Origin: Candidatus Magasanikiibacteriota bacterium
GTDB lineage: Bacteria > Patescibacteriota > Patescibacteriia > Magasanikbacterales > GWA2-37-8
DNA: 64,000 nucleotides
Reading direction: 5' to 3'
NCBI GenBank assembly: GCA_963802255.1
Contig: CAWDHY010000001.1
Location: forward strand, 171,842 to 235,841
Part shown: positions 8,932-18,295 of the stretch, one piece after another
How positions within the stretch are numbered: the stretch's first letter is position 1
Layout of the letters: each line of letters starts with the position of its first letter
Made by a program: the position numbers and the translations under genes
The notes under the pieces: model-generated
Told to the model about the DNA's origin: nothing
What the model saw: only the letters and a program-made list of their open reading frames with translations
Databases searched by the model: none

Positions 8932-10080
8932 TTATTTAACGCTCTTAACAATAATTTTCAGTTTATCACCCACGCTTGGCGTCCGGCTTATCCAGCTTGG
9001 GGTGAACTTAATATCCATCCCGGTCACGTGAGGAAGGCTGACAATATATCTTTCAATTTCTCCTTTTTGTTTATTTAGAAAATATTCTTTATTTAATAGC
9101 GGCGCATTTGCATCAAGAGTTACGATTGCTTCTGTCGCTACCTGTAATTGAGCTGAATTGTTGACTAAATCCGTAGCCGCCACTGTTACTTTTGGATCGT
9201 CTCCAATAGAAAGAATTTTTTCTGATGCGGTATCAATACCGTTTGCAACCTCTTTTTTTAATATTTCATTCAGCGAGTTTTTGTTGTACATGATTAGAGT
9301 AAGAGTGCTCGTGCCGTGAATTTCAAATTCGCTCGCTTCAGCGCCAATGCCCAGCGTACTGGTGGCACCGTTTTGCGATATGGAGACAATAGTTTGGTCA
9401 AATACATCTGAACTGGTAGATAAAGTTTTTAAAAATGCTACCTTGGTCTTTTCAGCGAAATCAGCATCAGCCGATTTGTAATCTGATTCTGATATTACGC
9501 CCACTTTTCCTGACCCGCCGGTCATCGGCTTGATACTTTCGGCATAAACAACTTTTTGTTTTTCCGTGTTTAATCCGGGAATAGTAAACTTGCTCGAGCC
9601 GATATCACTTGCCGCACCTGGTTGGTCGGCATAGACTTGTGCTGTCACCTGCCCTTCGGCCGGTACAGTGACGCGGTCTGAAAGTCTGAACAAAATGCCT
9701 TCGGCGGTTATTACACGCGTTGTTTTGACCAATGGCTGGTCCTCGGTAGTTTTATTATAAAGAATGACCTCTCCTTTTGAAGTGCCGTCGACTTGGCGGG
9801 TTGCGGTTGGAAAATATTTTTCAGACCAGAAAAATTGCGTGGTTGTAACCACTGCGACTAATGATTTGTCGCCCTTTTTTTCAGCCTCCGCGTTGATAAT
9901 GATATTAATTGTCTTGCTGTCCTCTTTTGCCACAATAACGATCTCAGTCTTTTTAAGCATGGTAAAAATAACAATCGCGAGCAAAGCGATTGTCACGACC
10001 AAAAAAGTGAGGGCAATAATGCGATAAACGCGCACCGGCGGTTCCGGCACTGTATGTGTTTGTAAACGATGGGCTATCAT
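8932..10080 (-). CDS. Membrane-anchored baseplate-J-like domain protein (CPR type)
   Basis: Single N-terminal TM; G.V.LYN..Q.LV.TTR..G..FR...V.VPA...A...G...IG...FTIPGL..MTGG pattern recognised from CPR proteins annotated as baseplate J-like. Confidence 0.6.
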   Translation of the reverse strand: MIAHRLQTHTVPEPPVRVYRIIALTFLVVTIALLAIVIFTMLKKTEIVIVAKEDSKTINIIINAEAEKKGDKSLVAVVTTTQFFWSEKYFPTATRQVDGTSKGEVILYNKTTEDQPLVKTTRVITAEGILFRLSDRVTVPAEGQVTAQVYADQPGAASDIGSSKFTIPGLNTEKQKVVYAESIKPMTGGSGKVGVISESDYKSADADFAEKTKVAFLKTLSTSSDVFDQTIVSISQNGATSTLGIGAEASEFEIHGTSTLTLIMYNKNSLNEILKKEVANGIDTASEKILSIGDDPKVTVAATDLVNNSAQLQVATEAIVTLDANAPLLNKEYFLNKQKGEIERYIVSLPHVTGMDIKFTPSWISRTPSVGDKLKIIVKSVK

Positions 10081-10113
10081 ATGATTAAGCTATTTCGTTA
10101 TTATTATAGCACA

Positions 10114-11829
10114 TTACTCAGCCACTTTAAATACTTCATCCACACTGGTAATTTGAGACAGCGCTTTTAGCAAGCCGTCTTGTACCATTGTTACCATACC
10201 GTTTTTTACGGCAATTTCCTGGATTACGTATTCGGACACCTGGGCGGATAAAATAACCTGTTCAATCTCTTTATTCATTGTAAATATTTCATAAATACCG
10301 ACCCGGCCTTTATATCCTAAGCCGCTACATTCCGTACAGCCGGGGCCGGCAAAAAAGTGAAGGTCATCCAAATTTACATTTTTCTTTTCCGCTTCGGGCA
10401 AAGCACCGAGAATTGATTTTACGCGTTCTAATTTTTCAGGTTCAAGCTGGATTTCTTTACGGCATGATTCGCAAATGCGGCGGACCAGGCGTTGTCCGAT
10501 AATTGCGTTAAGAGCCGGTGCAAGTAAAAATGGCTTTACACCCATTGAAAGAAAGCGGGGGATCGCGCCGGAAGCAGAATTTGTATGGATGGTAGAAAGC
10601 ATTAAATGTCCGGTTAGAGCCGCTTGAATGGCGATTTCCGCAGTTTCTAAATCGCGGATTTCGCCGACCATACAAATATCCGGATCCTGACGCAGAATGG
10701 AGCGTAAACCCTTGGCAAAAGTGTAATCACGGCTTGGATCAACCTGGCTTTGGTTGATTCCTTCCATTTTAATTTCGACCGGATCTTCTAAAGTGATAAT
10801 TTTTACACCAGGTTCATTTAAGGTGCGTAAAATTGCATAAAGCGTAGTGGTTTTACCGGAGCCGGTTGGACCTGTGGTAATAATCATACCATTTGGCCTT
10901 TCCACTTCTTTGCGTAATCTTTCATAGGCCTCTCCGCGAAGACCGAGGTCGTCATAAGTGACGCCTTTTGAACCGCTATGTAAAATACGCATTACAATTG
11001 ATTCGCCGTAGGTGGTCGGCATGGTGGAAACGCGTACGTCAATTGAGCTGGATGCCAGCCTTAATGTAACGCGGCCGTCTTGCGGCTTATCTGTAATATT
11101 AATTTTTAAACCGGCCAAAAGTTTTATGCGGGAGACAAAACGCTTCCATTGATCTTTTGGTAAAGTTGCTACATCATGTAATTCACCATCAATGCGGTAG
11201 CGCACGGCAATGCCTTTTTCTTCCGCCTCAACATGAATATCGGACGAGTTAGTTTTTAAAGCCGAGGCGATCATTAAAGTTAAAATATCCGTTATGGAAA
11301 TATTTTTGAACATTTCCTGCAGGCCCTGCAAATTAGTGATATTGGACTGAAAGCGGTCAAGTTCTTCATCGGTAATATTTATATCTTTTGTAATCGGTTT
11401 AATAATCGGGAGCGTTTCGTACAATTTCAGGGCAGTATTAAAACTGTTTTCCGATACCAAATATATCTGCACCTTTCCATGATGTTTTTCGCCGATTTGA
11501 TAAGCATATTCATTTAAAGCTTCGTTGTATTCATGCGTGGCGACGCGGATGTCGTCCGGAGTATAATAAAAACAAATTGCTTTGCGTTCACGGGCTTCGG
11601 CTTCAGGAATAGTTTTCAAAGCTTCGGCAGAAATAGGGAAGGCGGTCAGGCTGATATACGGCAAACCTAAATTCATGGCGGCCGCCATCGTCTCTTCCTC
11701 TTTTGCCTTTAGGTCAAGCTCATGCATTTTTTGCGAGAACTTTTCTTGCGTCGTAGGCGTTCCGGATGGTGCTTTCGCCGCGCCACCGGTTTTTTTTATC
11801 AGGTCATTTATTGACGGAAAATCAGACAT
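10114..11829 (-). CDS. Type II secretion / type IV pilus assembly ATPase (GspE/PilB family)
   Basis: SDIHVE, PQDGR, GPTGSGKTTTLY, LRQDPD, Zn-binding CxxC..CxxC, GYKGRVGIYE. Start at MSDFP preferred. Confidence 0.95.
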   Translation of the reverse strand: MSDFPSINDLIKKTGGAAKAPSGTPTTQEKFSQKMHELDLKAKEEETMAAAMNLGLPYISLTAFPISAEALKTIPEAEARERKAICFYYTPDDIRVATHEYNEALNEYAYQIGEKHHGKVQIYLVSENSFNTALKLYETLPIIKPITKDINITDEELDRFQSNITNLQGLQEMFKNISITDILTLMIASALKTNSSDIHVEAEEKGIAVRYRIDGELHDVATLPKDQWKRFVSRIKLLAGLKINITDKPQDGRVTLRLASSSIDVRVSTMPTTYGESIVMRILHSGSKGVTYDDLGLRGEAYERLRKEVERPNGMIITTGPTGSGKTTTLYAILRTLNEPGVKIITLEDPVEIKMEGINQSQVDPSRDYTFAKGLRSILRQDPDICMVGEIRDLETAEIAIQAALTGHLMLSTIHTNSASGAIPRFLSMGVKPFLLAPALNAIIGQRLVRRICESCRKEIQLEPEKLERVKSILGALPEAEKKNVNLDDLHFFAGPGCTECSGLGYKGRVGIYEIFTMNKEIEQVILSAQVSEYVIQEIAVKNGMVTMVQDGLLKALSQITSVDEVFKVAE

Positions 11830-11830
11830 A

Positions 11831-12796
11831 TTACTTTTTAAATAACCCCCCTGCATGATGAATTATACGGCTAAAAATGCCTTCATGGTGCATCTTCATA
11901 AATAAATACATCCAGACGCTCATATAATATGTATTGTAGATAGCTCCGAAAATTGTGATAAGTATGAGTAAAAGTACAAAGCCGAAAATGGCGCCGAATA
12001 CAGCCAAGGCCGCGCTGCCAAACGCGCCGGCAATGAGCCAGACAAAAACTGCCGGGATAAAAGAGTAGGAAATAAGAACGGCAAAAAATATTATCAGCAG
12101 AAAATCCAAAACAGTTAGAATGGCACTAATTTCAAAAGAAACAAGTAGGTGTGTGTGCAATAATTTCCAGGATTTTTTGAAGGAGGAAATTAATGATTTA
12201 TCGTCAATTACGGTATATCCGGAGGCAAAAATTGTCACAGCGGAAATTATCCAGCCGAGAAGAATCGTGAAACCCAGCATTACGATATCAATTATCAAGT
12301 ACCAATTATTTTTTGAATAGGGAAGTTTGATCCAGATAATGCCAAAGATGAAAACAGTCAGGAGCAAGGCAATTTTTCTGATCACTTCTATTGTAAAAAT
12401 TCTCCAAAAAAATTTTAAGCCCGTATTCCATATTTTGGAAATTTTTGGCATTGTTTCTTTTTTGTAGAAATCGGCAACAGCAATCAACAAGGCCGCCTTT
12501 GCGGTCACTGAAATATATATGACGGCAAGAGCAATCACACAAAGTACACCTGTCAGCCAGACCAGCCAGATTACTGATGGAACTGTACTGACACCGAGCC
12601 CCGGCCAGTGCCAATTTAAGAGCCAGCTAGCCTGACCTCCGCTGCCCATTGTAATCATCATTTGCGAAATAAAATTGCTCAAACCGAATGACCCGGCAAA
12701 TAGCACCGATAAAAGGCCGAGAAGCCAAAGCCCGGTGTTTTTATAAACCAGACGCCACGCTTCAAGCAATGCTTGTCTGTATGTTGGTTGGTGCAT
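11831..12796 (-). CDS. Polytopic membrane protein of unknown function
   Basis: Six to seven hydrophobic segments; tightly coupled to its neighbours. Confidence 0.75.
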   Translation of the reverse strand: MHQPTYRQALLEAWRLVYKNTGLWLLGLLSVLFAGSFGLSNFISQMMITMGSGGQASWLLNWHWPGLGVSTVPSVIWLVWLTGVLCVIALAVIYISVTAKAALLIAVADFYKKETMPKISKIWNTGLKFFWRIFTIEVIRKIALLLTVFIFGIIWIKLPYSKNNWYLIIDIVMLGFTILLGWIISAVTIFASGYTVIDDKSLISSFKKSWKLLHTHLLVSFEISAILTVLDFLLIIFFAVLISYSFIPAVFVWLIAGAFGSAALAVFGAIFGFVLLLILITIFGAIYNTYYMSVWMYLFMKMHHEGIFSRIIHHAGGLFKK

Positions 12797-12799
12797 ATG

Positions 12800-13648
12800 C
12801 TATTTTTTTCTTTTACTTTTTTTCCAAAAATTAAATTTCTTGCCCTTAAAGTGATGTTTGTTTTCGTGTATAAAGGCTTCTATAAAACCCCAAAGAGATA
12901 TTGCCGCCGAAATGGCAATCATCAGAAGCAATAGCAGAAGCGATAAAGCCGACTGGTCAAAAATAATGTTATTTATTTTTAGAAATATTTTTGGCATTTT
13001 ATCCATTGAGCATGCCGTAGATGTGATGATATTAACCGTTGTTGTGACAACAGTAATTGGGGGAGTGGTTGTTGGCATCGTTGTAGCCGGCTCGGCCGGT
13101 ACAATCACCGGTTTTGGTTTTTCAACCGGTTCCTCAACAACTTTTTTTTCCAATATTGTATATGTTCCGCTTCCACGCGAAGCCAAGATACTCGTGCCTT
13201 CACCATCATTGGCTAGAACTTGCCCACCGACAATAGAAACTTTTGCCTGGCCAAGACTTTTTGCTTTGAAGTTGACCGTCACCAATCGGCCACCTTTGCC
13301 GGTATAACCGGGATTAAGTACGATGCCGGAAAAGTTTATATTGCCGGCATTATTAGTAAAAGTGGGGTTCTCAACCATTAAACTGAAAATTGAGCTTTTT
13401 GTTGAAACCGATATAACCTCAAGTTTATCCGGCGGAAATGAAACAATTGCTTGTGCGGTGTTCATCGCCTGGTCTGCTGAAGAAACAAAAACTCCGACTT
13501 GGAAAGTTTCTCCAATACGGTATGAACCGGAAGACGGTGAAAGATATAGAGAGGCGGCGTGGGCGCCCGCGCCGAAAAACATTGTAGCAATCAGGAAAAG
13601 CGTGAAAAACCCAAAATTACTTATTTTTTTTATTACGTTTTTTCGCAT
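12800..13648 (-). CDS. Cohesin-like domain surface protein with C-terminal TM
   Basis: Signal peptide AHA/ASLYLSP, cohesin-type beta pattern (GETFQV..N....VSFP.DKLEV..G.INF.G..L.TV.FKAK..G.A), Thr/Pro linker, TM. Confidence 0.75.
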   Translation of the reverse strand: MRKNVIKKISNFGFFTLFLIATMFFGAGAHAASLYLSPSSGSYRIGETFQVGVFVSSADQAMNTAQAIVSFPPDKLEVISVSTKSSIFSLMVENPTFTNNAGNINFSGIVLNPGYTGKGGRLVTVNFKAKSLGQAKVSIVGGQVLANDGEGTSILASRGSGTYTILEKKVVEEPVEKPKPVIVPAEPATTMPTTTPPITVVTTTVNIITSTACSMDKMPKIFLKINNIIFDQSALSLLLLLLMIAISAAISLWGFIEAFIHENKHHFKGKKFNFWKKSKRKK

Positions 13649-14528
13649 ATATTAGAATACAGGCAAAAGTAATTGCCATGAGCAATACTATTATACCGCA
13701 AAAAAGCGGATTTTCATACCAGAAAATTGAAGATGACGCCTGAATGGCGGAGATGCGGTCATTTCCCTGTTTATCAATCGCTTTGACAAAAATATCACTT
13801 TTTAATTTTTGATCGTTTAGCCGGTATGGGCTTTCTGCTTTTTTCCAAATTCCAAAAGTATAATCTTTTTGGAATAAATGAAATGTCTTTCTTTCCATTA
13901 TCTCATAGTGGTCAATGCCCGATTGTTTATCTTGAGTTTGAAAAATTATTGCATAATCGCCGTTAAATAAATTTTGTGTTTTGATAATTTGCGGAATAAA
14001 ATTATCCGGTTTTGTGGTATCAAATACAGTAACTAATTCAGAACCTTTTTCTTTATCTAAAGGATTTACTTGAATCGAAATATTTTTTAAAACCGTGGCA
14101 TCTTCTGTCCCATTTCCATCATTCAGCAAGGCCTGTACCGTAGCGAAATTGATATTAGCCTCACCCTCTGTTTTTGCCCTAAAAATAACGGAAAAAATCA
14201 AAAGTTGGTTGTTGAAACCATTGGGTACAATACCGGAAAAATTGATTGTGCCCGGCTGGGAGATTTGCGGCGGTTCAACCCATAAATTGATGCCTGAATT
14301 TCCTGTTAGTATTTTATCTACATCCAATAAATTTTCCGAAAAAATTATTTTTCCCGATAACGCATTGATGGGAAATTCCTTTGCGTCAATAATCGCGTCT
14401 ATTTTAAATTCGTCTCCGGTATTTACATTTGCAGGAGCTCCGAAAAATAAAAAATCAGCGGCAAAAATACCTGCGGCTGAAAATATAAATATTGCGATGC
14501 TAAAAATTAAAAAAATTATTTTTTTCAC
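13617..14528 (-). CDS. Cohesin-like domain surface protein with C-terminal TM
   Basis: Paralogous cohesin pattern (INALSG..G.INFSG..FRAK..GEA..ALLNDGNGT), D.QSGIDHYE Ig-like segment, TM and basic tail. Confidence 0.75.
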   Translation of the reverse strand: MKKIIFLIFSIAIFIFSAAGIFAADFLFFGAPANVNTGDEFKIDAIIDAKEFPINALSGKIIFSENLLDVDKILTGNSGINLWVEPPQISQPGTINFSGIVPNGFNNQLLIFSVIFRAKTEGEANINFATVQALLNDGNGTEDATVLKNISIQVNPLDKEKGSELVTVFDTTKPDNFIPQIIKTQNLFNGDYAIIFQTQDKQSGIDHYEIMERKTFHLFQKDYTFGIWKKAESPYRLNDQKLKSDIFVKAIDKQGNDRISAIQASSSIFWYENPLFCGIIVLLMAITFACILIYAKKRNKKNK

Positions 14529-14532
14529 AATT

Positions 14533-15633
14533 TTAACCAGTCCAATAATAAGCGAGAATGCTAAAATCGACTAAATTTATCAATTGGTCTCCATTCAGTT
14601 GGCTTTCTTCAATTGAGAAAAACGAGGGGAGAATGTCCCTTTTATACCAATAAGCGGCAATAGAAAAATCCACCAGGTTTACGCGACAATCGCCGTTTAG
14701 GTCGCCTTTTTTTGGACATTTCCCATCAGGTTCTTTAATAATTGTTTTTTCGCCAACCGTAAATGTTATTGGTGAGGTATATTCACTTTGCATTACCCCA
14801 AGAATTGCCCTTGCTTTTATTGAATATTGTCCTAAAAGCATTGTCGCTGTATCTATCGAAAGCTGGTAATTACCATTAGCTGAAGCTGTTACGTGATAGA
14901 TTGATTCGTTACCGTCGTCTCTTATTAAACTGAGAGTAATTTCCGCGCCAGGGGCTGCTTCACCGAATATTGCGATTGGTTCGCCCTGCTTTACTTCACG
15001 CTTGTCAGCGTCAATTGTAGGTGAAAGAAGAATATTACTGACGGTAACTGACTGACCTTGTTGGCTAATAGATGTATTAGTGATAAATGAGGCCGATCGG
15101 CGTCCGGCAGAGTCTACATAATAAACGGTGAAATGATAATTGCCGGTTGATAAGTTACCGACAATAATATTGAAATCGCCGAGTGCGGTAGAAGTGCCAT
15201 TTGAAACTAAAATACCGTCTTTTAATATTTTTATTGACGCGTATGGCGCAGCTTTACCGGTAAATGATACTTGAGACAAAACAACTGTTCCACCGCCTCC
15301 ACCACCACCGCCTCCACCACTACAGGCGGCACAAAGAGCTCCGCCACAGTCAATACCAGTTTCGTCAAAATCTTTTATGCCGTTTGTACAGTGACTGGCG
15401 CACGCCGGGCAAGTTGCACCGCCGCAGTCAATTCCTGTTTCGTCAAAATTTTTGATACTGTCAACGCAATGATCGTAGGGGACGGATGAACTGACTGAAA
15501 CATTTAATTTTTGCCCTGCGTCAGCCGTAAAAACCGCAAGAGGCAACAATAAAAACACAAGCCCCATGAAAATAATTTTTGGGGCTCGCGTCAAAAAGTT
15601 AGGTAAATTTCGTTTCAGAAAATCGCTCCGCAT
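14533..15633 (-). CDS. Secreted protein with Cys-rich repeats, Ig-like domains and C-terminal dockerin-like domain
   Basis: Two HC..IK.FDETGIDCGG..C..C repeats, poly-Gly linker, paired EF-hand repeats GDLNGDCRVNLVDFSI and QLNGDQLINLVDFSI. Confidence 0.78.
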   Translation of the reverse strand: MRSDFLKRNLPNFLTRAPKIIFMGLVFLLLPLAVFTADAGQKLNVSVSSSVPYDHCVDSIKNFDETGIDCGGATCPACASHCTNGIKDFDETGIDCGGALCAACSGGGGGGGGGGTVVLSQVSFTGKAAPYASIKILKDGILVSNGTSTALGDFNIIVGNLSTGNYHFTVYYVDSAGRRSASFITNTSISQQGQSVTVSNILLSPTIDADKREVKQGEPIAIFGEAAPGAEITLSLIRDDGNESIYHVTASANGNYQLSIDTATMLLGQYSIKARAILGVMQSEYTSPITFTVGEKTIIKEPDGKCPKKGDLNGDCRVNLVDFSIAAYWYKRDILPSFFSIEESQLNGDQLINLVDFSILAYYWTG

Positions 15634-15641
15634 GTCTATAT

Positions 15642-16598
15642 CTATTTATTTTCAATTTTTACAATTTTAAATTTTTTCCTAAACAGTTTCGCACTGATCC
15701 ATAGCACTAAAATAATACCAAGTACAATTATCCCTTCCTGCCAAGGGAAAATCCAGATGATAATTGATTTTGAACCGATACCAGGACCGCCTTCTTCCAT
15801 TGAGACATCAGCGGTGATTTTAACCGGGCCAAAAAGGTATTTTTTATCCCAGCGGGAAGCGTATGTCCGGTCATAACCCGGGAAAACTACACCTGGCTTA
15901 TTTAGATCAGTCTCTTTTTTACCGGGGTTATAAAACTCGACCGTGTCCTTTCGCCACAGGTTGCTGAAAGTAATATTTCCAGTAGGCGTAAAGTAGGAAT
16001 TACCTTCATTTTTGATTTTGAAGCTAATATCGACCGGGCCACGGCTTAAAAATCGTGGAGCATTAATTGAGGTAATTTCAGCGCCCTTTATTATGTCACC
16101 CGAAACTTCAAATAAAAGAACTGTGCCAACTCGTCCGCTGATACTGACACCACTTTCCACATCGGTTGAAGGTTTTGCCGGCAAAGCTCTAAATAATACC
16201 GCGCCAAAATGTCCGCCCGGCTGCGCATTTTCCGGTACTTCTATTGAATAATTAATTAATTTACTTTCTTTTGGCCGAAGAACAAATTCTTCGTTATTTT
16301 CGAACTTAATCCAAGAAGAAAGACCCCAGCCGGTATCAACTTCGCCTAGAAGTTCTACAACTCCTTCAGACCCTCCCATCAGGTTTTCTTTTTCGGGTCT
16401 GATACGCACCTCTTCACTGTCGCTGGAATTAATTATTGTTACCGCCCCCTCAAACGTTTGTCCCGGGTCTACTTTCCCTTTAACCGACAAAGGATAGGTA
16501 GAAATAGAAAGCTGCGCGGACGCAGCTTCTATATGTACCAAGCTAATTATGCCGGCAAAAAGGAGGGCAATTCCGAGTGTCAGTTTTGCTCTCCACAT
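15642..16598 (-). CDS. WxL-interacting-protein-like (DUF916/DUF3324-like) membrane-anchored protein
   Basis: Signal peptide, SWI, I.VP.NA.PGGH.GAV, N.GN....P.G second Ig domain, C-terminal TM and basic tail. Confidence 0.62.
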   Translation of the reverse strand: MWRAKLTLGIALLFAGIISLVHIEAASAQLSISTYPLSVKGKVDPGQTFEGAVTIINSSDSEEVRIRPEKENLMGGSEGVVELLGEVDTGWGLSSWIKFENNEEFVLRPKESKLINYSIEVPENAQPGGHFGAVLFRALPAKPSTDVESGVSISGRVGTVLLFEVSGDIIKGAEITSINAPRFLSRGPVDISFKIKNEGNSYFTPTGNITFSNLWRKDTVEFYNPGKKETDLNKPGVVFPGYDRTYASRWDKKYLFGPVKITADVSMEEGGPGIGSKSIIIWIFPWQEGIIVLGIILVLWISAKLFRKKFKIVKIENK

Positions 16599-16614
16599 AA
16601 GATTTTAAAGTTAA

Positions 16615-17259
16615 TTACGGATTGGTAATCGCGGTAAAGGTAACTGTACCAGTATACACACCGGATTGTTGCGTACCAGGAGCATCAGCTCTAAATCCAT
16701 AAGCAACAGTCTGAGCGCCTCCTACATAAGTGGCGATGGTGGCAATTTGTTGATCAGTTGTTGGGAAACCGGCATACAGAGCATTTGGCGCTGTATCATC
16801 AGACCCCCACCAGGAAGAATTATAAAGTGCCACATCAGTACCTGTTTGGTATACCCGAAATGATAAATTAGCGCCTACTTCTGGTGAAGTGGTTGCGTTC
16901 GGCGAGGAATAATTCCATCCTGTGGCGTCTGGAAAAGCAACATCCGGTGTTGAAGTGCCGTTGAGATTCAGTGTCGAACCAGCGTCATCGCGCTTTACCT
17001 GTAAATTCCACCCGCTGTAATCATTGGTGGTAACAGATAAAGAAGTATTACCGGTAATTGGCGTACCTGGAACTAAAGTACCAAGGTCCACTGTGGTAGT
17101 CGCGAGTGTCAACGTGATCGTTGAAGTCACGGTTAAAATAATTGTCTGAGTGTCTGAATCACTAGCCGCATTTGCCGGTTTTAGGTTGACTAAACCCAGT
17201 ATACCGACCGACGCGCAAAACATAGCGATCAGAATTACGAATGAGATGGTCCTCCTCAT
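16615..17259 (-). CDS. Secreted WxL-like / pilin-like beta-sandwich protein
   Basis: Signal peptide ANA/AS, internal GWNLQV, C-terminal GVYTGTVTFTA. Confidence 0.6.
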   Translation of the reverse strand: MRRTISFVILIAMFCASVGILGLVNLKPANAASDSDTQTIILTVTSTITLTLATTTVDLGTLVPGTPITGNTSLSVTTNDYSGWNLQVKRDDAGSTLNLNGTSTPDVAFPDATGWNYSSPNATTSPEVGANLSFRVYQTGTDVALYNSSWWGSDDTAPNALYAGFPTTDQQIATIATYVGGAQTVAYGFRADAPGTQQSGVYTGTVTFTAITNP

Positions 17260-17429
17260 AAAGATATAAATTAATTATTAATAAAAAAATATTTTTGGTG
17301 GACTTCACCAATGCTACTATAGCACAAAAATGAACTTTTTACATTCAATTACTTATCCACAGGAGTAGTCACTACGATGAGCAGGTTGTTCTATAAACAA
17401 TTTTTCGGTATAATATAGAAAACTAAGCT

Positions 17430-18149
17430 ATGAAATTTTTCCGAAAAATTATTATTGTCGCCTTTTTTTCACTAATTTTTGGTGCTGTTGTTTTTGCGGC
17501 CACTGAAGACCGCGGGTCATACAACGCCACATATCATGATTCCACATCTACGAATTTTGATTTAAAAGGCGGAGTAGGCGACCCGGCGGTTGGACGTTCA
17601 GCCAGTACAAATTATATTATTGATCACGGCTTGGTAATTGAGTTTGGCACAATGACTATTACAATTGCGACCAGTGTAAATTTTGGGGTTATTATTCCTT
17701 TGATTCCAGCAGAGGTTACATCAACCGTAAGTGTCAACATGGTGGGGGCGTTTAATGGATATAATTTATTAGTGAACAGGGATAATAGTACATCAACTAT
17801 CGATCTGAATGGGACATCAACGCCGGATGTTGCTTTTCCGGATGAAATCGCATGGAATCCCAGCGGCTCAGGAAACGCCACGGCAACGCCGGGGGATAAT
17901 TTGAGTTTCCGAGTTCAACAAGTTGGAACGAACTCAAATTATGATAGCACTTGGTGGGGAGCAAGCGACACTTCAGGAACGGCAAAATATGCCGGGTTTC
18001 CCACGGTGATGCAACAAATAATGAATTGTACAATGTGTAATTTTGGCTCTACTGACACAATTATTGGTTATCGCGCCTCAGCTCCGGTTTCGCAAACAAC
18101 AGGATTATATTACGGACCGATCACTGTCACAGCTTTGGTAAATCCGTAA
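17430..18149 (+). CDS. Secreted WxL-like protein, paralog of 16615-17259
   Basis: Shares LNGTSTPDVAFPD, NLSFRV, WWG, YAGFPT, YRA.AP, G.Y.G..T.TA..NP with the divergent gene. Confidence 0.65.
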   Translation: MKFFRKIIIVAFFSLIFGAVVFAATEDRGSYNATYHDSTSTNFDLKGGVGDPAVGRSASTNYIIDHGLVIEFGTMTITIATSVNFGVIIPLIPAEVTSTVSVNMVGAFNGYNLLVNRDNSTSTIDLNGTSTPDVAFPDEIAWNPSGSGNATATPGDNLSFRVQQVGTNSNYDSTWWGASDTSGTAKYAGFPTVMQQIMNCTMCNFGSTDTIIGYRASAPVSQTTGLYYGPITVTALVNP

Positions 18150-18169
18150 TTAAAAAAATTTTATTTATA

Positions 18170-18203
18170 AGCTGTGGAAGGTATATCCACAGCTTTTTCT
18201 TTT
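18170..18203 (+). terminator. Hairpin/terminator after the WxL-like gene
   Basis: AGCTGTGGA-loop-TCCACAGCT followed by a T-rich tract. Confidence 0.5.
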
Positions 18204-18225
18204 GGGCTAATAATTGTTTAAAAAA

Positions 18226-18236
18226 TGTGCTATAAT
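18226..18236 (+). promoter_or_regulatory. Extended -10 promoter of the giant protein gene
   Basis: TGTGCTATAAT, also seen upstream of other genes in this window. Confidence 0.65.
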
Positions 18237-18295
18237 AATAATGTAATACATTTATGATTTGGAGGGAAAAAAAACAGGAAAGTAATTTTTGGGTT

